64,000 nt of DNA from Chthoniobacteraceae bacterium (GTDB taxonomy: Bacteria > Verrucomicrobiota > Verrucomicrobiia > Chthoniobacterales > Chthoniobacteraceae), in the NCBI GenBank assembly GCA_031409335.1, contig JANNWY010000160.1:1-64000 (forward strand), in the 5' to 3' direction. The position numbers were made by a program, and so were the translations under genes. Under the pieces are notes generated by a model, which saw nothing but the letters and a program-made list of their open reading frames with translations, did not search any database and was not told the DNA's origin. Shown one piece after another: positions 8,437 to 17,329 of this stretch (position 1 is its first letter; every line of letters begins with the position of its first letter).

Positions 8437-9166
8437 CCGCCTCGCCATCCTTCTCGCGTTGTTGCTGGCCGGGATGAGCTGCATTTTCCTGCTGCCCGCG
8501 CAGGACAAATTCCAACAGCCAACGGGGATCGACCTGGCCCTGCCGACGACCGTCGGCGGAGCCTGGCTTGGGACCGATCAAGAAGTCTCCAGCAAAGAGC
8601 AGTTCGTGCTCGGAAAAGAGACCGAGTTTTCCCGGAAATCCTACAAAAACGCGCGCGGCACCTCGCTCGGCGGCGGCGACTACATCCAGGCTTCCGTGGT
8701 GCTCTCCGGGAGGGATATGAACACCAGCATTCACCGCCCCGAGTGGTGCCTTCCCGCGCAGGGCTGGACGATCGAGAATTCCAGCAAAGTCCCCATCACG
8801 ATCCCCGATCGCGGAAAGCTCGTCACGACGCGGCTCAAGAACATGCGCTTCATCCCCGACAAGGAAACCGGCAAACCCATCACCGACCGGGATGGCAACA
8901 AATTGATCGTCCGCAATCTCGATTACTACTGGTTCGTCGGCTTCAACACCGTCACCGAGTCGCACACGACCCGCAATCTCATCGACATCACCGACCGGCT
9001 GATGCACGGCTACAATCAGCGCTGGGCGTTCGTCACCGTCGCGGCAAACATCACCGACAACCTCCAGCCGGACGGACTCGACGAAAAGGAAACCGACGAA
9101 ATGATCCTGGAATTCATCCAGAAACTCGCGCCAATGACGCACAAGGATTCGGTGAAGTTTCACTGA
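8426..9166 (+). CDS. Exosortase-associated EpsI family protein
   Basis: N-terminal TM, SIHRPEWCLPAQGW and YYWFV motifs; overlaps the exosortase stop. Confidence 0.85.
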   Translation: MTTSRLAILLALLLAGMSCIFLLPAQDKFQQPTGIDLALPTTVGGAWLGTDQEVSSKEQFVLGKETEFSRKSYKNARGTSLGGGDYIQASVVLSGRDMNTSIHRPEWCLPAQGWTIENSSKVPITIPDRGKLVTTRLKNMRFIPDKETGKPITDRDGNKLIVRNLDYYWFVGFNTVTESHTTRNLIDITDRLMHGYNQRWAFVTVAANITDNLQPDGLDEKETDEMILEFIQKLAPMTHKDSVKFH

Positions 9167-9217
9167 AAACGGTGCGGCGCCTGGGCGATCACCCAGGCGC
9201 GGCGGGCGTGGCGAAAT

Positions 9218-9805
9218 TCACCACCATCGGTAATGCCCGGTCAGCGCGAACTCGAACAGGCGGTCCTCCGCCCGCGCGCCATTGCCGATGTTGTGAACGA
9301 TGAGGCGGCGCGACGGATCCAGCGGTGAGACTTGGTCGATCACGATCATGATGTGCGGCAGATTCTTTGGGACGATGCACGTCACCAGATCGCCTGGCAG
9401 GTAGTCGGCGGGGTTTTTCGTGGCGGGCAGACTTTTCCCCCGCCGTTTGAAAAGCGTCATCAGATTCAGCACACGGCGATGATCGATGTTCGCGTCGGCC
9501 CGCCGCAGGCCCCAGTTCTTCGGATAGGCGGAGAACGCGCTCTTCATGTCGAGATGCACCTCCTTCTGCAAATCGACCCCGAGCTCGCGGAAGGCGCGGA
9601 CCACCACATCGCTGCACACGCCGCGATCGAACGGCACGTCGCCGCCAGGATATTCGAGTGACACATAGGCCGGATCGTAAGTGAGCGTCTTCCCAATCTG
9701 TGCGCGGGCGGCAGCTACAAACTTGGTGATCTCGACCGGGCGTTCCGCGCCCACCGGCGCGGCGGAAATGAGGAGAGTGAATAGTGCGAACCGAAGTCGT
9801 GTCAT
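9218..9805 (-). CDS. DUF1287 (YijF-like) secreted protein
   Basis: YDPAYVSLEYPGGDVP..GVCSDVVVRA, NIDHRRV, HNIG motifs. Confidence 0.88.
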   Translation of the reverse strand: MTRLRFALFTLLISAAPVGAERPVEITKFVAAARAQIGKTLTYDPAYVSLEYPGGDVPFDRGVCSDVVVRAFRELGVDLQKEVHLDMKSAFSAYPKNWGLRRADANIDHRRVLNLMTLFKRRGKSLPATKNPADYLPGDLVTCIVPKNLPHIMIVIDQVSPLDPSRRLIVHNIGNGARAEDRLFEFALTGHYRWW

Positions 9806-9975
9806 GCGGAATCCTTGTGAGCGGACGCCGCGCGACGCAATCGGAAATCTCCGATCGCAATCCGCCGGTGCAGCATTTCAGGGAATAAAACGGCGGCCCG
9901 TGCATCCAAGGCATGAGTAGCAAGCGATCAAAGGCCAACCCACCTCCCAGTTCATCAACAGCTTCATTGACACCC

Positions 9976-10551
9976 ATGACTTATCCGCACCCATACAAAG
10001 AAACTTACCTCAAAGGGCGACTCCTCGGAATCGCGCTTGCCACCGCCCTGTCAGCCATCGCTTGCCACAGCTATGCCCAAGTAGCAGTCCCGGGCAGTGT
10101 GAACTTCGACATCGGCACCGGCAACTACACCTATGCCTACTCAGTGGTGAACACCGGCCCCGCGTTTGATCTGGCAATCATCAATGTGCCGGTGCTGCCG
10201 GGCAGCGCACTGATGAACCTCGTGTCGCCATCCGGATTCCAAATCAGTTTCGACCCCGGCGTGGGCATCGTGTCCTTCCTTGAGGACGCCGATCCCGGGA
10301 CGCTCCCGACCTTTGCGCCCGCTGCCACGATTGGCCTCTTCACCTTCACCAGCGCCGTCGGCCCAGGCACCGTCACCTTCGATGCATTGGATGCCGATGG
10401 AAATAGTTTCACCGGCACCACGCTATCCCCAGCGGTGCCGGAGCCGGGCACCGCGGCGCTGCTCTGCATGGCAAGTCTGCTTCCCGCCTTGTTTTCCCGC
10501 CGTCGCCGGAGCGTATCCGACGATTCCCACACCCATCCAACCCACAACTAA
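9976..10551 (+). CDS. Small PEP-CTERM surface protein
   Basis: Signal peptide; C-terminal VPEPGTAALLCMASLLPALFSRRRR. Confidence 0.85.
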   Translation: MTYPHPYKETYLKGRLLGIALATALSAIACHSYAQVAVPGSVNFDIGTGNYTYAYSVVNTGPAFDLAIINVPVLPGSALMNLVSPSGFQISFDPGVGIVSFLEDADPGTLPTFAPAATIGLFTFTSAVGPGTVTFDALDADGNSFTGTTLSPAVPEPGTAALLCMASLLPALFSRRRRSVSDDSHTHPTHN

Positions 10552-10560
10552 TCAGTCCTC

Positions 10561-12120
10561 ATGAATACACCCATGCAAACACACCAACCCTTCGGACGCT
10601 TCGCCCTAGCGAAGCATGGCTCCAAACTCGCCGCAGGAGCGTTCCTCGCGGCTGCCGTCTGGCTTTCACCCGGCCCCCGCGCGCTGGCTTCCAGCCATAG
10701 CGACGCACCACTCATCAAACTCGATCCGCAGGCGAACCTGACCGATGTCTATGCGTTCATCCGCAATCGTCCGAGTGGAGAAAAAGTACTCGTGGTCGAG
10801 GTGAATGTGCGTCCGTTTTCAGAGCCGGGAGATGGCGTGATGTACGAGGCATTTTCCTCGGATGCATTGTATAGCATCCATATCGCCAATCCGACGACCG
10901 GCGAAGAAGCCCAGCGTTTCGATTTCCAGTTCTCCCCGGTTGGGGCTGCCGGCGGGAATTATAAGAATACCAACACCATCCTGCGTTATGGCCGTGGCAC
11001 AGCCATCGGGCCGATCCAGACTGTCGGCGACGCACGGCAGAATTTTGTCCAAACCTATACCGTGACAAAAGTGATGGGTGCAACGCGGACGACACTGAAC
11101 GGCGCCAGCCCGCTGCTCGTCGCCCCGCCGAATGTCGGCATCAAAACGACGCCGCTTTACAACGATGCGAATGGCCGAGCTATTTCAGGAGCTGCCAACC
11201 GCGCCGCGCTCGATCCCTACACCTTCCAGACGACCTATGATCTGCCCGGTGGAAACACCGTGTTCTGCGGGCCTCGCGAGGATGGCTTCTTTGCCGACAC
11301 GCCGGGCATCTTCGATCTGCTGCAAACCCGCATCCTCGACAACAATGGCTCGCTCGGCGATGGCCTCGGGCAGGATGGCAATGGAGTGGATGGGTTCAAG
11401 GGATTCAATACTCTGCACTACTCCATCGTCATCCCGGTTAGCTCCCTGCCTAGCTTTACCTATACGGGGGCGCTACAGCCGCAGGGCACCGGAGTGGGTG
11501 TCTATGCCTCGGTCAGCCGTCCCCGCGTGACGCTTCGCAAAAGCGGCGGAGGGGATGATTTCTCCGGGCCATTCATTCAGGTGAACCGCCTCGCGAACCC
11601 TCTGTTCAACGAAGTATTGGTGGCGATCGGTGACAAGGATAACTACAACCGCACTTCGCCCACTGTCGATGCCGCACGGTTTGCTACTTATGCGCTGAAC
11701 CCTGAAGTCGCGGTGCTCATCAATGCCGTTTTTGGCACGAGCTTTCAGACGACCGGCCGCGCGGATTTGCAGGCGGTCTATATCCCGGATGTCATCCGCG
11801 TGAATACGACGACTGGCCCCGCGACGATCGCGGGAGACGCGGCATTTAACCGGCTGAGTTTTATCGGCGGTGACACGATCGCGAATGGCAACGGTGTGCA
11901 GATTCCCGCTGGCTGGCCGAATGGACGGCGCTTCGGTGATGATGTCGTCGATATCGCACTCACGGCAGTCGCGAGTGGTCCGACCTTTGCAACGATCACC
12001 GTGGTCGGTGACAATGCGGCGGCCAACGACCAGACCTACAACCGCACTTTCCCATACGCGGCGACGCCGCACGCGGGAGCGCGGAATAGCAAGGACTCCG
12101 GCCCGAACGCCGGATTCTAA
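10561..12120 (+). CDS. DUF4331 family secreted protein
   Basis: ASSHSDAP...ANLTDVYAF, GPREDGFF, NRLANPLFNE, GWPNGRRFGDDVVDI motifs. Confidence 0.9.
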   Translation: MNTPMQTHQPFGRFALAKHGSKLAAGAFLAAAVWLSPGPRALASSHSDAPLIKLDPQANLTDVYAFIRNRPSGEKVLVVEVNVRPFSEPGDGVMYEAFSSDALYSIHIANPTTGEEAQRFDFQFSPVGAAGGNYKNTNTILRYGRGTAIGPIQTVGDARQNFVQTYTVTKVMGATRTTLNGASPLLVAPPNVGIKTTPLYNDANGRAISGAANRAALDPYTFQTTYDLPGGNTVFCGPREDGFFADTPGIFDLLQTRILDNNGSLGDGLGQDGNGVDGFKGFNTLHYSIVIPVSSLPSFTYTGALQPQGTGVGVYASVSRPRVTLRKSGGGDDFSGPFIQVNRLANPLFNEVLVAIGDKDNYNRTSPTVDAARFATYALNPEVAVLINAVFGTSFQTTGRADLQAVYIPDVIRVNTTTGPATIAGDAAFNRLSFIGGDTIANGNGVQIPAGWPNGRRFGDDVVDIALTAVASGPTFATITVVGDNAAANDQTYNRTFPYAATPHAGARNSKDSGPNAGF

Positions 12121-12142
12121 ACTCGGCCGATCGCAATAACCC

Positions 12143-12185
12143 GCGCCGACGCATCGCACCATCCGATGCGTCGGCGCTGTTGTTT
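12143..12185 (+). terminator. Perfect 14-bp stem-loop inside the operon (attenuating terminator or mRNA stabiliser)
   Basis: GCGCCGACGCATCG-caccatc-CGATGCGTCGGCGC followed by TGTTGTTT. Confidence 0.55.
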
Positions 12186-12195
12186 CACCGCTCCC

Positions 12196-13593
12196 ATGGA
12201 TTCCTCAACTTGCCGACCCAATCTGCTGCGGACCATCACTCTCAGTGCATGCTTGAGCGTGGCTTTGGCAGCGGCTTTTCTTTCCAAAAATCTGCCATCG
12301 CGGACGGCAACAGCGGCGGCAGCCAATGGGCCGGTTCCCGAACTCACGGGGGAACAGATCCTCGCGACGCTGCCAGTGCCGAAGGCGGAATCCGCGACTG
12401 GAAAAGCGCTCGCTGCCGGAATCGAGCAAGTGCGCAAAGCGCCTGGCAACGCAGTCGCATGGGTGAATCTCGGCGATCTGCTCGCACAAGCCCTGCGCGA
12501 CTCCGCCGATCCGAAATACTATGACTTTGCCGAGATGGCTTACCAACACGCGCTCGGGCTCGATCCGAAAAGCGCGGCTGCAATGACCGGGATGGCGTGG
12601 GTAACGGGTGGGCGTCATCTCTTCGCGCAGAGCACCGAGTGGGCGGAGCGGGCGTTGGCGCCGGATGCGGGGAACGCGGCAGCGGTGGGAATTCTCGGCG
12701 ATGCCTGCGTCGAGCTTGGCGACTACGAAAAGGCGCTGGATCACTATCAAAAGATGATGGATCTGCGGCCCGATCTTTCCTCGTGGAGCCGCGGCGCGCA
12801 TCTGCTGTGGCTGACTGGCGACCGGAGTAAGGCAATGTGGCTGATGGAACGCGCGATCAAAGCCGGCGCGCCCTACGCCGAGAACACCGCATGGTGCCGG
12901 GCGAAACTCGCGATGATGCATTTCCACGGCGGCGCATACCTTCCTGCCGCGCAGGTGCTCGAACCCGCGCTCGCGGCTGATTCGCGGAACACGCACATGC
13001 TGCTCGCAGCCGGACGGATCGCGGCGGCGCGTCACGATTTCGCCGCCGCGCGGAAACACTACCAGATGATCCTCGAAGCCGGGCCGCACCATGATGCGCT
13101 CGTGGCACTCGGCGATCTGGCCGCGCACGATGGCGATGCGGACGCGGCGGAAAAATACTACGCGCAAGTCGAGGCGTTGCACGTCGCGCATCTCGCAGGC
13201 GGAGCGCACGATCATATGCAGATGGCGAAATTTTACGCCGATCACGATCGCAATCTGGTGGCGGCCCTGCGGCTCGCCGAGCAGCACAAACTAACGCGCA
13301 ATGTGCTGGAGGCCGATGTGCTCGCGTGGGTGTATTTCAAAAATGGCGATCAGCCGCGCGCGGTCGAGGCGATCAAGCGCGCGCTCAGCCGCAATACGCC
13401 AGACGCGGAAATGCACTTCCACGCGGGGATGATCGCGGACGCGGCAGGGGATCGCGTGGCGGCGCAAAAACATTTGCAGCAGGCGTTGAGTTTCAGTCCG
13501 CGATTCAGCGTGCTCCAGGCACCGGTCGCGGTGAAGGCGCTGGATCGACTCGGCAGCGCCACGCCTGTCGCGAATGCGGAAGCGGCGCGATGA
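12196..13593 (+). CDS. Exported tetratricopeptide repeat protein
   Basis: N-terminal hydrophobic anchor; multiple TPR-like helical repeats. Confidence 0.85.
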   Translation: MDSSTCRPNLLRTITLSACLSVALAAAFLSKNLPSRTATAAAANGPVPELTGEQILATLPVPKAESATGKALAAGIEQVRKAPGNAVAWVNLGDLLAQALRDSADPKYYDFAEMAYQHALGLDPKSAAAMTGMAWVTGGRHLFAQSTEWAERALAPDAGNAAAVGILGDACVELGDYEKALDHYQKMMDLRPDLSSWSRGAHLLWLTGDRSKAMWLMERAIKAGAPYAENTAWCRAKLAMMHFHGGAYLPAAQVLEPALAADSRNTHMLLAAGRIAAARHDFAAARKHYQMILEAGPHHDALVALGDLAAHDGDADAAEKYYAQVEALHVAHLAGGAHDHMQMAKFYADHDRNLVAALRLAEQHKLTRNVLEADVLAWVYFKNGDQPRAVEAIKRALSRNTPDAEMHFHAGMIADAAGDRVAAQKHLQQALSFSPRFSVLQAPVAVKALDRLGSATPVANAEAAR

Positions 13594-14648
13594 AATCCCT
13601 GCGCACCATTTTCATCCTCGCGGTCGCGCTGGCCCGCGCCGCCGCGCACGAAGAGCCCACGAGCTTCCTCGATCTCCGCCTCGGCGGGGATGGAATTACC
13701 GCGAGCCTCATCGCGTCCGCCACGGACTTCGCGCACGATCTCCCCACGATCGAGCCCGCCATGCTGCTCGATCCCGCGGTCGCCGCGGCGCAGCATACCG
13801 CACTCGCCGCGATCGTGCGATCGCGGCTGCAACTCTCCGCCGACGGCGCACCGCTGGCGGGCGAATTGCGCGCCATCACGCCCATACCTGGGAAACGCGA
13901 CGTGCATCTCGCACTGCGCTACACGTGGCCATCCGCGCCAGCCATCCTCGGAGTGCGATGCCGCCTGTTTCCCTACGATCCGCGCCATCGCACTTTTCTA
14001 AACATCCACGAAAACGAGCGGCTCGTGCGGCAGGAGATTTTTGAAGGTGACGCGCCGCCGATCGAATACCGCGCGGGCTCGCCGCAGCGCATCGGGGCCG
14101 TCGTTTGGCAGTTCGTTGTCGAAGGCGTGCATCACATCTTCATCGGGCCGGATCACATCCTCTTCATCATCGGCCTGCTCCTGCTCGGCGGCAGTGTGGG
14201 CCTGCTTTTGCGGATCGTCACCGCCTTCACCGTCGCGCACAGCATCACGCTCGGACTTGCGACACTCGGCATCGTCAACCCACCCGCCGCGCTCATCGAG
14301 CCCGCCATCGCGCTCAGCATCGTCTTCGTCGGCGTGCATGCTTTTTTGGGAAAGAAAATGCGCGATCCGCGACTGCTGTTCGCATTCGGCTTCGGGCTCA
14401 TCCACGGCTTCGGCTTCGCCAATGTGCTCGCTGAAATGGCGCTCCCGCCCAGCGCGCTTGGCTGGTCGCTGTTCGCCTTCAATGGCGGAGTCGAGATCGG
14501 CCAGGCCTGCATCGTCCTCGCCATCGCCCCGCTGCTCGCGCTCCTCCGCCACCGCAGCGCGCGGGCTTCCAGCCGGATCATTTCCGCCGGTGCGCTGTGC
14601 GTCACGACGGCCGGCGCGTTTTGGTTTTTCCAGCGGATCATGGCGTAG
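13590..14648 (+). CDS. HupE/UreJ family membrane protein with N-terminal periplasmic domain
   Basis: GVHHIFIGPDHILF, TAFTVAHSITL, FGLIHGFGFA, FNGGVEIGQ; ATGA overlap with the TPR gene. Confidence 0.9.
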   Translation: MKSLRTIFILAVALARAAAHEEPTSFLDLRLGGDGITASLIASATDFAHDLPTIEPAMLLDPAVAAAQHTALAAIVRSRLQLSADGAPLAGELRAITPIPGKRDVHLALRYTWPSAPAILGVRCRLFPYDPRHRTFLNIHENERLVRQEIFEGDAPPIEYRAGSPQRIGAVVWQFVVEGVHHIFIGPDHILFIIGLLLLGGSVGLLLRIVTAFTVAHSITLGLATLGIVNPPAALIEPAIALSIVFVGVHAFLGKKMRDPRLLFAFGFGLIHGFGFANVLAEMALPPSALGWSLFAFNGGVEIGQACIVLAIAPLLALLRHRSARASSRIISAGALCVTTAGAFWFFQRIMA

Positions 14649-14726
14649 AAAGCCACGGCGGTTTCTGCGTCTGGACGAAACGATTGCCGCAAAGTTGGCA
14701 ATCTGTAGCCTCCCCGGTAACCTGTG

Positions 14727-15941
14727 ATGCCGAAGAAAAAGCAGAACCGAACTCATTCAAAAACACCCGCCGCGCCGAAGCGCTCCCGCATCCGCGCGCT
14801 CGTGCTGATCGACGACGGGCCGATCCGTCGCGCGGCACTGGCCAACTATCTCGCGATCGAGCGCGAGGCGGCGAAACTGCGCGCGCAGATGGAGCGCTTC
14901 GAGGCGGTCGATTGCCCCGCGTACGAACGGTGGGATGCGCGCACCTTTGGCCCGCTGCTCACCGAGCTGCGCGACCTTGCCGCCGCATTTGGCGAAAAGC
15001 AGCGCGTGCTCGATGCGATCGACGAAGAGGTGCTCTGGACCGGCTGCTCCGAAGTCGCCGCCTACCGCCGCGTGATGAAGCTGATCGAGGACGGACCGCC
15101 CGAACCGAACCCGGACGAGGACTATGACCGCGACCGCGACCGCGACCCAGCCAGCGATCCAGAAGACCCGGATTTCTCCGGCGATGCGGGCGGAATGTTT
15201 GGTGGGAGCGATCTGCCGCCGGGCGTCAGCGCGGCGCAATTCGACCGGATGTCCGCCGCGGAGCGACGGCAATTTCGCGAATTCTTTGAAACGATGGCGG
15301 AACTCTACCAAGCCATGACCGGCCAGCCCGCGCCGTCGCTCGAAGAGGCGCTCGCCCGCGATCGCGCCCGGCACGGCGGCGGGGCCGCATCGCCGCCGCC
15401 CGCCCCGCCCCGGCAGACTGCCGCACACCGGGACGCGGACCGGATCAAGGAGATTTATCGGAAGGTCGTGCGCCAATTGCATCCCGACGCGAACGGGGAA
15501 TTTGCGCCGCGCGAGCGCGAGCTGTGGCACGAAGTCCAGAGCGCCTACCAGGCGCGCGATCTCGAGCGGCTCGAAGCCGTGGCCGCGCGCGTGGAACTGG
15601 GCGGCGACGCGGCGGCATCGGCGCGGACATCCGTCGGCGTGCTGCTGCGGATCACGCGCGAGCTGGGCGAGGCGCTGCAAAGCGTGCGCCGCCAGCTCGG
15701 CCGCGCGAAGAAACAACCCGCGTGGCGTTTCCCCGAAAAAATGGACGCCCTGGCTCCGCTGGAAGCGCGCCGCCGCCACCAGATCGAAAGGGCGCTGGGT
15801 GAAAGTCGGCGCGACCTCGCAAATGCGAGCGCGACCCTCGAAGAGCTGGCCCGCCGTGCGGCGCTACCGCGCAAAATGCGGCGCCCCAAAGCCAGGCCGC
15901 AATCCCAGGCAGTGAGCGGAAAGCAAATGGAGTTTTTCTAA
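14727..15941 (+). CDS. Coiled-coil protein with an internal J-domain
   Basis: IKEIYRKVVRQLHPD...VQSAY J-domain with the HPD motif. Confidence 0.8.
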   Translation: MPKKKQNRTHSKTPAAPKRSRIRALVLIDDGPIRRAALANYLAIEREAAKLRAQMERFEAVDCPAYERWDARTFGPLLTELRDLAAAFGEKQRVLDAIDEEVLWTGCSEVAAYRRVMKLIEDGPPEPNPDEDYDRDRDRDPASDPEDPDFSGDAGGMFGGSDLPPGVSAAQFDRMSAAERRQFREFFETMAELYQAMTGQPAPSLEEALARDRARHGGGAASPPPAPPRQTAAHRDADRIKEIYRKVVRQLHPDANGEFAPRERELWHEVQSAYQARDLERLEAVAARVELGGDAAASARTSVGVLLRITRELGEALQSVRRQLGRAKKQPAWRFPEKMDALAPLEARRRHQIERALGESRRDLANASATLEELARRAALPRKMRRPKARPQSQAVSGKQMEFF

Positions 15942-15957
15942 ACCGGGCCGCGCGCGA

Positions 15958-16491
15958 TCATTTCGCCTGATTCCACGGCATCTTCGCGATCAGCATGCCC
16001 ATCGTGCAGGTATCGGTGATTCCTGAAAACATCAGCCCCGCGCCAACGAATCCTGACAGCCACACGAAGAGCGGATGCACGAACCAGCCGAGCAGCACGC
16101 CGCCCAGCACGAGTGCGCCCGCCGCGATGCGCACTTGTCGTTCCAGCGACATCACGCTGCGCCCGCTCGATTCGCAAGGCAGGCCCGCCGCCGCCCAAGC
16201 CGTGGTGCCGCCCTCCACCACCACCGCATCGCCGCAACCCGCGGCGGCCAGCTTTTCCGCCGCCATCGTCGCCCGTTTGCCACCCTGGCAGAGCAGATAG
16301 ATCGGTCGGGTGCCCGTGCCTTTGCGTTCGCTGAGAAAGGTAGCGGCGTCGAGTTGATCGAGCGGCAGCGAATGCGCGCCGACGGCGTGTTGCGCGGCGA
16401 ATTCGGCGGGAGTGCGCACATCGATGAGATCAGCGGCTTCACCACTGGCGATGCGGCGATGGGTTTCGGTCGGAGAGAGAGCGGCAGGCAT
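15958..16491 (-). CDS. Rhodanese + DUF2892 (YgaP-like) protein
   Basis: LIDVRTPAEF, CQGGKRA active loop, SLERQVRIAAG...GITDTC..MPWN. Confidence 0.9.
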   Translation of the reverse strand: MPAALSPTETHRRIASGEAADLIDVRTPAEFAAQHAVGAHSLPLDQLDAATFLSERKGTGTRPIYLLCQGGKRATMAAEKLAAAGCGDAVVVEGGTTAWAAAGLPCESSGRSVMSLERQVRIAAGALVLGGVLLGWFVHPLFVWLSGFVGAGLMFSGITDTCTMGMLIAKMPWNQAK

Positions 16492-16603
16492 GGCAGTGGT
16501 GGTTTGGTGCAAGATGCTAGCGCCCATCGACTCGACCGGCTTTGCAAATCTTGCAGGAATGAAACCCTGCCTTGGCGTGCTGGGAGCGACCGCGTTTCAT
16601 CGC

Positions 16604-17191
16604 TCAGTGCCCGCCTTCCAGCACAATCTCCGTGATCGCCACGCCCGCGCCGTTTTCACCCGGATAAATCTCCAGAATCTCAAACGTCATCGAGTCCCCC
16701 GAACGCACAAACACATCCGGGAAACTCAGCCGCTGCCAGCGTCGGCTATCCGCAAAAGTCACATCCGCGATCGGCTTGTCGCGATAGTAAAGCCGCGCCT
16801 TTTTCACCCGCGCATGAACCTTCCACTGCTGCTCGTCCGCCCACGCGCCATTGATGATGTCGAGCCCGTAAAGCGGCGTGTTTCCCTCGATTTCCGGGTG
16901 CAGCTTTTTTGGAAAAACCAGCTTCAATCTCGCCCCCACGCCGCTCGTCCCATCCGCCGCGATCCACGCCGTCTCCGCATTTTCATCGTTCATCTTTTTC
17001 AACACCGCCGCCTTCTGTCCGCCCGCCGCCAGCACCTCGACGCTCCACGCAAACGCGCACTTCAGCGAACATCCACCCATCGTCTCCTGCAAAACCGGCT
17101 CCTCCACGCGCGCCTTGATGGATGCAGGATTGGCGAGCGCAGCCATCGGGAAATGACACGCGATGAGAAGGGCGAAAGTACGAAGATTCAT
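16604..17191 (-). CDS. Secreted discoidin-like (NADase-type glycan-binding) domain protein
   Basis: Signal peptide; DENAETAW...GVGARL...IINGAW...RVKKARL...FEILEIYPG...ITEIVL. Confidence 0.65.
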   Translation of the reverse strand: MNLRTFALLIACHFPMAALANPASIKARVEEPVLQETMGGCSLKCAFAWSVEVLAAGGQKAAVLKKMNDENAETAWIAADGTSGVGARLKLVFPKKLHPEIEGNTPLYGLDIINGAWADEQQWKVHARVKKARLYYRDKPIADVTFADSRRWQRLSFPDVFVRSGDSMTFEILEIYPGENGAGVAITEIVLEGGH

Positions 17192-17329
17192 GACGTGTGA
17201 ACGATGCCAGCCGGATGCTGCCGGGCAACTCGAGAATCCGGCGGCGGCGGTCTTCCGATTTACAAAACATTTACACAACGAAGACGCGCCATTGACCCAA
17301 CCCCCGCGCGCCTGTGCAACTTTGCATGC

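Noticed and set aside
6529..8508. 659-aa N-terminally extended glycosyltransferase; similar extensions of hflK (29666), trpS (57130), HupE (13326) and sufC (25650)
   Set aside because: The extensions overlap genuine genes and are stop-free by chance; homology begins at the downstream starts used here.
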